Below, in pieces: positions 61,840 to 64,000 of a stretch of DNA of 64,000 nt; the stretch's first letter is position 1; every line of letters starts with the position of its first letter. Under the pieces are notes generated by a model. It was not told the origin of the DNA and did no database searches. It saw only the letters and a list, made by a program, of their open reading frames with translations. The stretch is from a virus, in the IMG/VR virus record IMGVR_UViG_3300038318_000232, positions 1 through 64,000 of that record; one strand, given 5' to 3'. The position numbers and the translations under genes are program-made.

Positions 61840-62037
61840 ATGGTATCGGATGAAACTTTTAGCAAGTTGGCTGAAGAGTGTAGCCAGTTGACTGCCACAA
61901 ACGAAGTTATGTTATCGGCCTTAAAGATAGCATCTGGCTATCTCAGGACAATGAGGATGTTAACCGGTTATGATACGAGTGAGGTAGTTGAGGTCATAAG
62001 CAAGGCTATTAATCTCGCTGAAGGGAGGCAGGATTAA
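61840..62037 (+). CDS. hypothetical protein (65 aa) ending in LAEGRQD
   Basis: Start directly after the repeated GAAGGGAGGCAGGATTAA junction. Confidence 0.5.
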   Translation: MVSDETFSKLAEECSQLTATNEVMLSALKIASGYLRTMRMLTGYDTSEVVEVISKAINLAEGRQD

Positions 62038-62038
62038 C

Positions 62039-62749
62039 ATGATGGTACAACTCACTCAGGAACAGATAAATGTCCTGGAGGCGGCGGGCGCAATGCCTCA
62101 GCAGGAGATTCCCTCAGTCCCTCAGTACGGTAAAAAATTCTCCCTGGTTAAGGGCAGCGGGAAAAAGCGCAAACCCAAGAGACTTCCCAAGGTAGTCAGT
62201 GAGGAAAAATTTGCTCAGTTAGTCTCCAAGCTCAATACCAAGTGCTTTATCGGGCTCCGCAATCGCGTTATCTTGGAAACCCTGTACAAATCCGGCCTCA
62301 GAGTGCAAGAGTTATGCGATCTCCAAGTCTCAGATGTAAATATTGAAACCGGCCAGATTTATGTCCAGGAAGGCAAGAACTCAAAGGATAGAATGATTGC
62401 TATTGGCCCTTCGCTCATGGAATGGCTCAGTCAATGGGCAAGCGTGCGGCCTCAGCAGAGCGAGAGCTTCTTCTGTACCTTCAAGGGCGGGGCTTTAAAT
62501 AAGCGGTATGTACGGGCTATGATAGAGCGGCAGAGCATCAACACTCAGGTATTTATCCAGGTTGGCAAGAAAAAGAAGGTTGTTTGGCCTCATGCTCTAC
62601 GCCATTCGTTTGCCACGCATTTGCTGGACAAAGGCATGAACATTATCGAGGTTAAGGAGCTCATGGGGCATGAGAGTATTGCTACAACCCAGGTGTACAC
62701 CCATGTTTCGATGAAGGTTCTGGATGCCAAGATTAAAGCCCTTGGTTAA
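62039..62749 (+). CDS. short tyrosine recombinase (XerC/D-like catalytic domain, no large N-terminal arm-binding domain)
   Basis: RNRVILETLYKSGLRVQELCDL, HALRHSFATHLL, GHESIATTQVYTHV (R..HxxR..H..Y). Confidence 0.85.
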   Translation: MMVQLTQEQINVLEAAGAMPQQEIPSVPQYGKKFSLVKGSGKKRKPKRLPKVVSEEKFAQLVSKLNTKCFIGLRNRVILETLYKSGLRVQELCDLQVSDVNIETGQIYVQEGKNSKDRMIAIGPSLMEWLSQWASVRPQQSESFFCTFKGGALNKRYVRAMIERQSINTQVFIQVGKKKKVVWPHALRHSFATHLLDKGMNIIEVKELMGHESIATTQVYTHVSMKVLDAKIKALG

Positions 62750-62800
62750 TCCAGGGGCTTCCTCAGTAAGATATAATAACTCCAGGAGGTGGAAACCAAT

Positions 62801-63043
62801 ATGCTAGTTTTTGAAGAGTTAAGTTCTGAATTTCAAAACGAATTAATACAAATGGCCTCAACAATGGGTGTATCTTTGGCCGAACTAATGGAAGCGGCAA
62901 ATGCAGCATTAAACCAATATGAAGAACATCAAGCAGCAGAACTTTTAGCTTGTTGTGAAAATAGAGGAAAATTAATTGGTGATTCTCTCCGGGATGTTTT
63001 AGAGAAGCTAGACATTCCTCAGCAGGAAGGAGAATTGCCGTGA
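62801..63043 (+). CDS. acidic hypothetical protein (80 aa)
   Basis: AGGAGG upstream. Confidence 0.5.
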   Translation: MLVFEELSSEFQNELIQMASTMGVSLAELMEAANAALNQYEEHQAAELLACCENRGKLIGDSLRDVLEKLDIPQQEGELP

Positions 63044-63174
63044 CAGATAAGAAAGAGGACGCATTTTCCCGGCAGATTAAAATACAAACCGGCAAAACCA
63101 TTGAAGAACTCAAAAAAGAAATAGCAACGGTATTTAAAGGAGCCTATGTTTTAATAAAGCGAATCCCTCAGTAA
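63040..63174 (+). CDS. small protein (44 aa)
   Basis: AGGAAGGAG 7 nt upstream of GTG; GTGA overlap with the previous stop. Confidence 0.4.
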   Translation: MTDKKEDAFSRQIKIQTGKTIEELKKEIATVFKGAYVLIKRIPQ

Positions 63175-63345
63175 CCCAAAATATCAGGCCTCAGTAGCTT
63201 GTAAACCCCGCGTTATAGGGTTAAAATAGATTTAGCGGGCTAGGAAGGGAGTAATTAACCCATCCGAAACCCGGTTCCGTTTGCCGGACGCCCGCTAATT
63301 TAATTATCAAACGGAAGGTTGTACCTTAAACGGGGGTATATTTTA

Positions 63346-63741
63346 ATGGCCAAAAAAGAAAACCTGTTACCGATCAATGCTATCTATTTTACATGGTTGC
63401 GAGACTACGGAAAACGCAATCGTCCCACCGCAAGGCGAACTGCCGTCAACCATCGAACCCATGAAACCCGGACAATTGAAAAGACCGAAATGGATATGAT
63501 TGACTTCATGATCTACGTCAGTCTTCTTAGCCGATCTGACAAGGACAAGCTCACTTGTTTTCCATCCATCAATGCTATAAGCGACGATTGTTTTGGTATT
63601 GACCGCAGAACAATAACTGACCATCTCCAGGACCTTGAGCAGATGGGGTACATAGAAATTAAAAAGGCTAACGGGAAAGCCAATATATACGTTATGAAAG
63701 ATTTTAAGGAATGGCTTAATAACCCGCGCCACAAAGATTAA
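63346..63741 (+). CDS. winged-helix DNA-binding protein (replication-initiator-like)
   Basis: CFPSINAISDDCFGIDRRTITDHLQDLEQMGYIEIKK is a wHTH pattern; iterons follow the stop. Confidence 0.6.
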   Translation: MAKKENLLPINAIYFTWLRDYGKRNRPTARRTAVNHRTHETRTIEKTEMDMIDFMIYVSLLSRSDKDKLTCFPSINAISDDCFGIDRRTITDHLQDLEQMGYIEIKKANGKANIYVMKDFKEWLNNPRHKD

Positions 63742-63874
63742 CCTATATCACCCGGTGTACTAGGTTAAGGGAAAACCTATGACACCCCATGTACCTACTA
63801 CCTATAACACCGGGTGTACTACTAACAGAGAACAGTAACAGATAACAGGACGTTCCTAAGTCAACAGAGAACAG
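63741..63874 (+). repeat. iteron-like direct repeats (candidate replication origin or binding array)
   Basis: ACCTATnnCACCnnnTGTACTA at 63741-63762, 63775-63797 and 63801-63824; AACAGAGAACAG at 63824-63835 and 63863-63874; TAACAGATAACAG at 63836-63848. Confidence 0.65.
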
Positions 63875-63947
63875 AACCCCAAGCACTGACGTTCTTTCTT
63901 GGGGTTGTTAGGGGTATTCTTTCTTAAATATTTTAGGAGGTATATTT

Positions 63948-64000
63948 ATGAATAATAAATTAATTGAAACTAAATTACCGGAAAGAAACAAAGAACTAAA
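63948..64000 (+). CDS. hypothetical protein, 5' part only (runs off window)
   Basis: AGGAGG 8 nt upstream of ATG 63948. Confidence 0.4.
   Translation, partial: MNNKLIETKLPERNKEL

Larger units (their letters stand above)
1..64000. mobile_element. Siphovirus-like temperate phage / prophage (possibly phage-plasmid) genome segment spanning the whole window
   Basis: Complete set of phage modules is present (recombination, replication, terminase, portal, capsid, tail, tape measure, lysis) with tight gene packing; no host housekeeping genes seen. Confidence 0.9.

Noticed and set aside
1-64000. CRISPR arrays, retron or DGR elements, transposases or IS elements, and toxin-antitoxin pairs
   Set aside because: I found no regularly spaced 25-40 nt repeats and no reverse-transcriptase or DDE/serine-recombinase ORFs. 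Both RHH genes lack an adjacent toxin-sized partner.

Overview
The window is filled by one siphovirus-type phage genome (prophage or phage-plasmid). The extended Shine-Dalgarno boxes (GGAGGTGAT-like) and cell-wall-binding domain types point to a Gram-positive, Clostridia-like host. It has three parts. (i) A + strand early arm (1-25110) carries a KilAC antirepressor tail, an HD hydrolase, a YqaJ exonuclease/DUF1351/RecT recombination module, a PAPS-reductase-like gene, a replisome organizer, DnaB, a C5-methyltransferase-like gene, a RuvC-like resolvase, a radical-SAM gene, SSB, many small zinc-ribbon ORFs and an ArpU/sigma-like late regulator. (ii) A convergent - strand late arm (58003 down to 25202) carries a ParB-N6A methyltransferase and a PD-(D/E)xK nuclease, then an ORF-free structured segment fused to a tRNA-Thr/Gln/Trp array. 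After these come the terminase, an inserted glycosyltransferase/TagF-like/SAM-methyltransferase cassette, portal, HU, protease-scaffold, decoration protein and major capsid. The arm ends with connectors, major tail protein, chaperones, a 1641-aa tape measure, Dit, a fibre-like protein, Tal, and a lysis cassette of XhlA-like protein, amidase, S8 protease and holin. (iii) A 1.2-kb ORF-free control region (58.1-59.3 kb) is followed by a second + strand arm with an RHH protein, small ORFs, a short tyrosine recombinase and a winged-helix protein with iterons. I saw no rRNA, CRISPR array, reverse transcriptase or transposase. The items most worth a second look are: the candidate large structured RNA next to the tRNAs; the glycosylation cassette between terminase and portal; the long G/C homopolymer tracts in two DNA-modification-type genes (one currently frameshifted); the split SSB gene and apparent ATT start codons; the S8 protease inside the lysis cassette; the chain of intrinsic terminators along the late arm; and the repeat-rich control and replication regions. 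All protein-family calls come from motif recognition by eye on the supplied translations. No database search was run.
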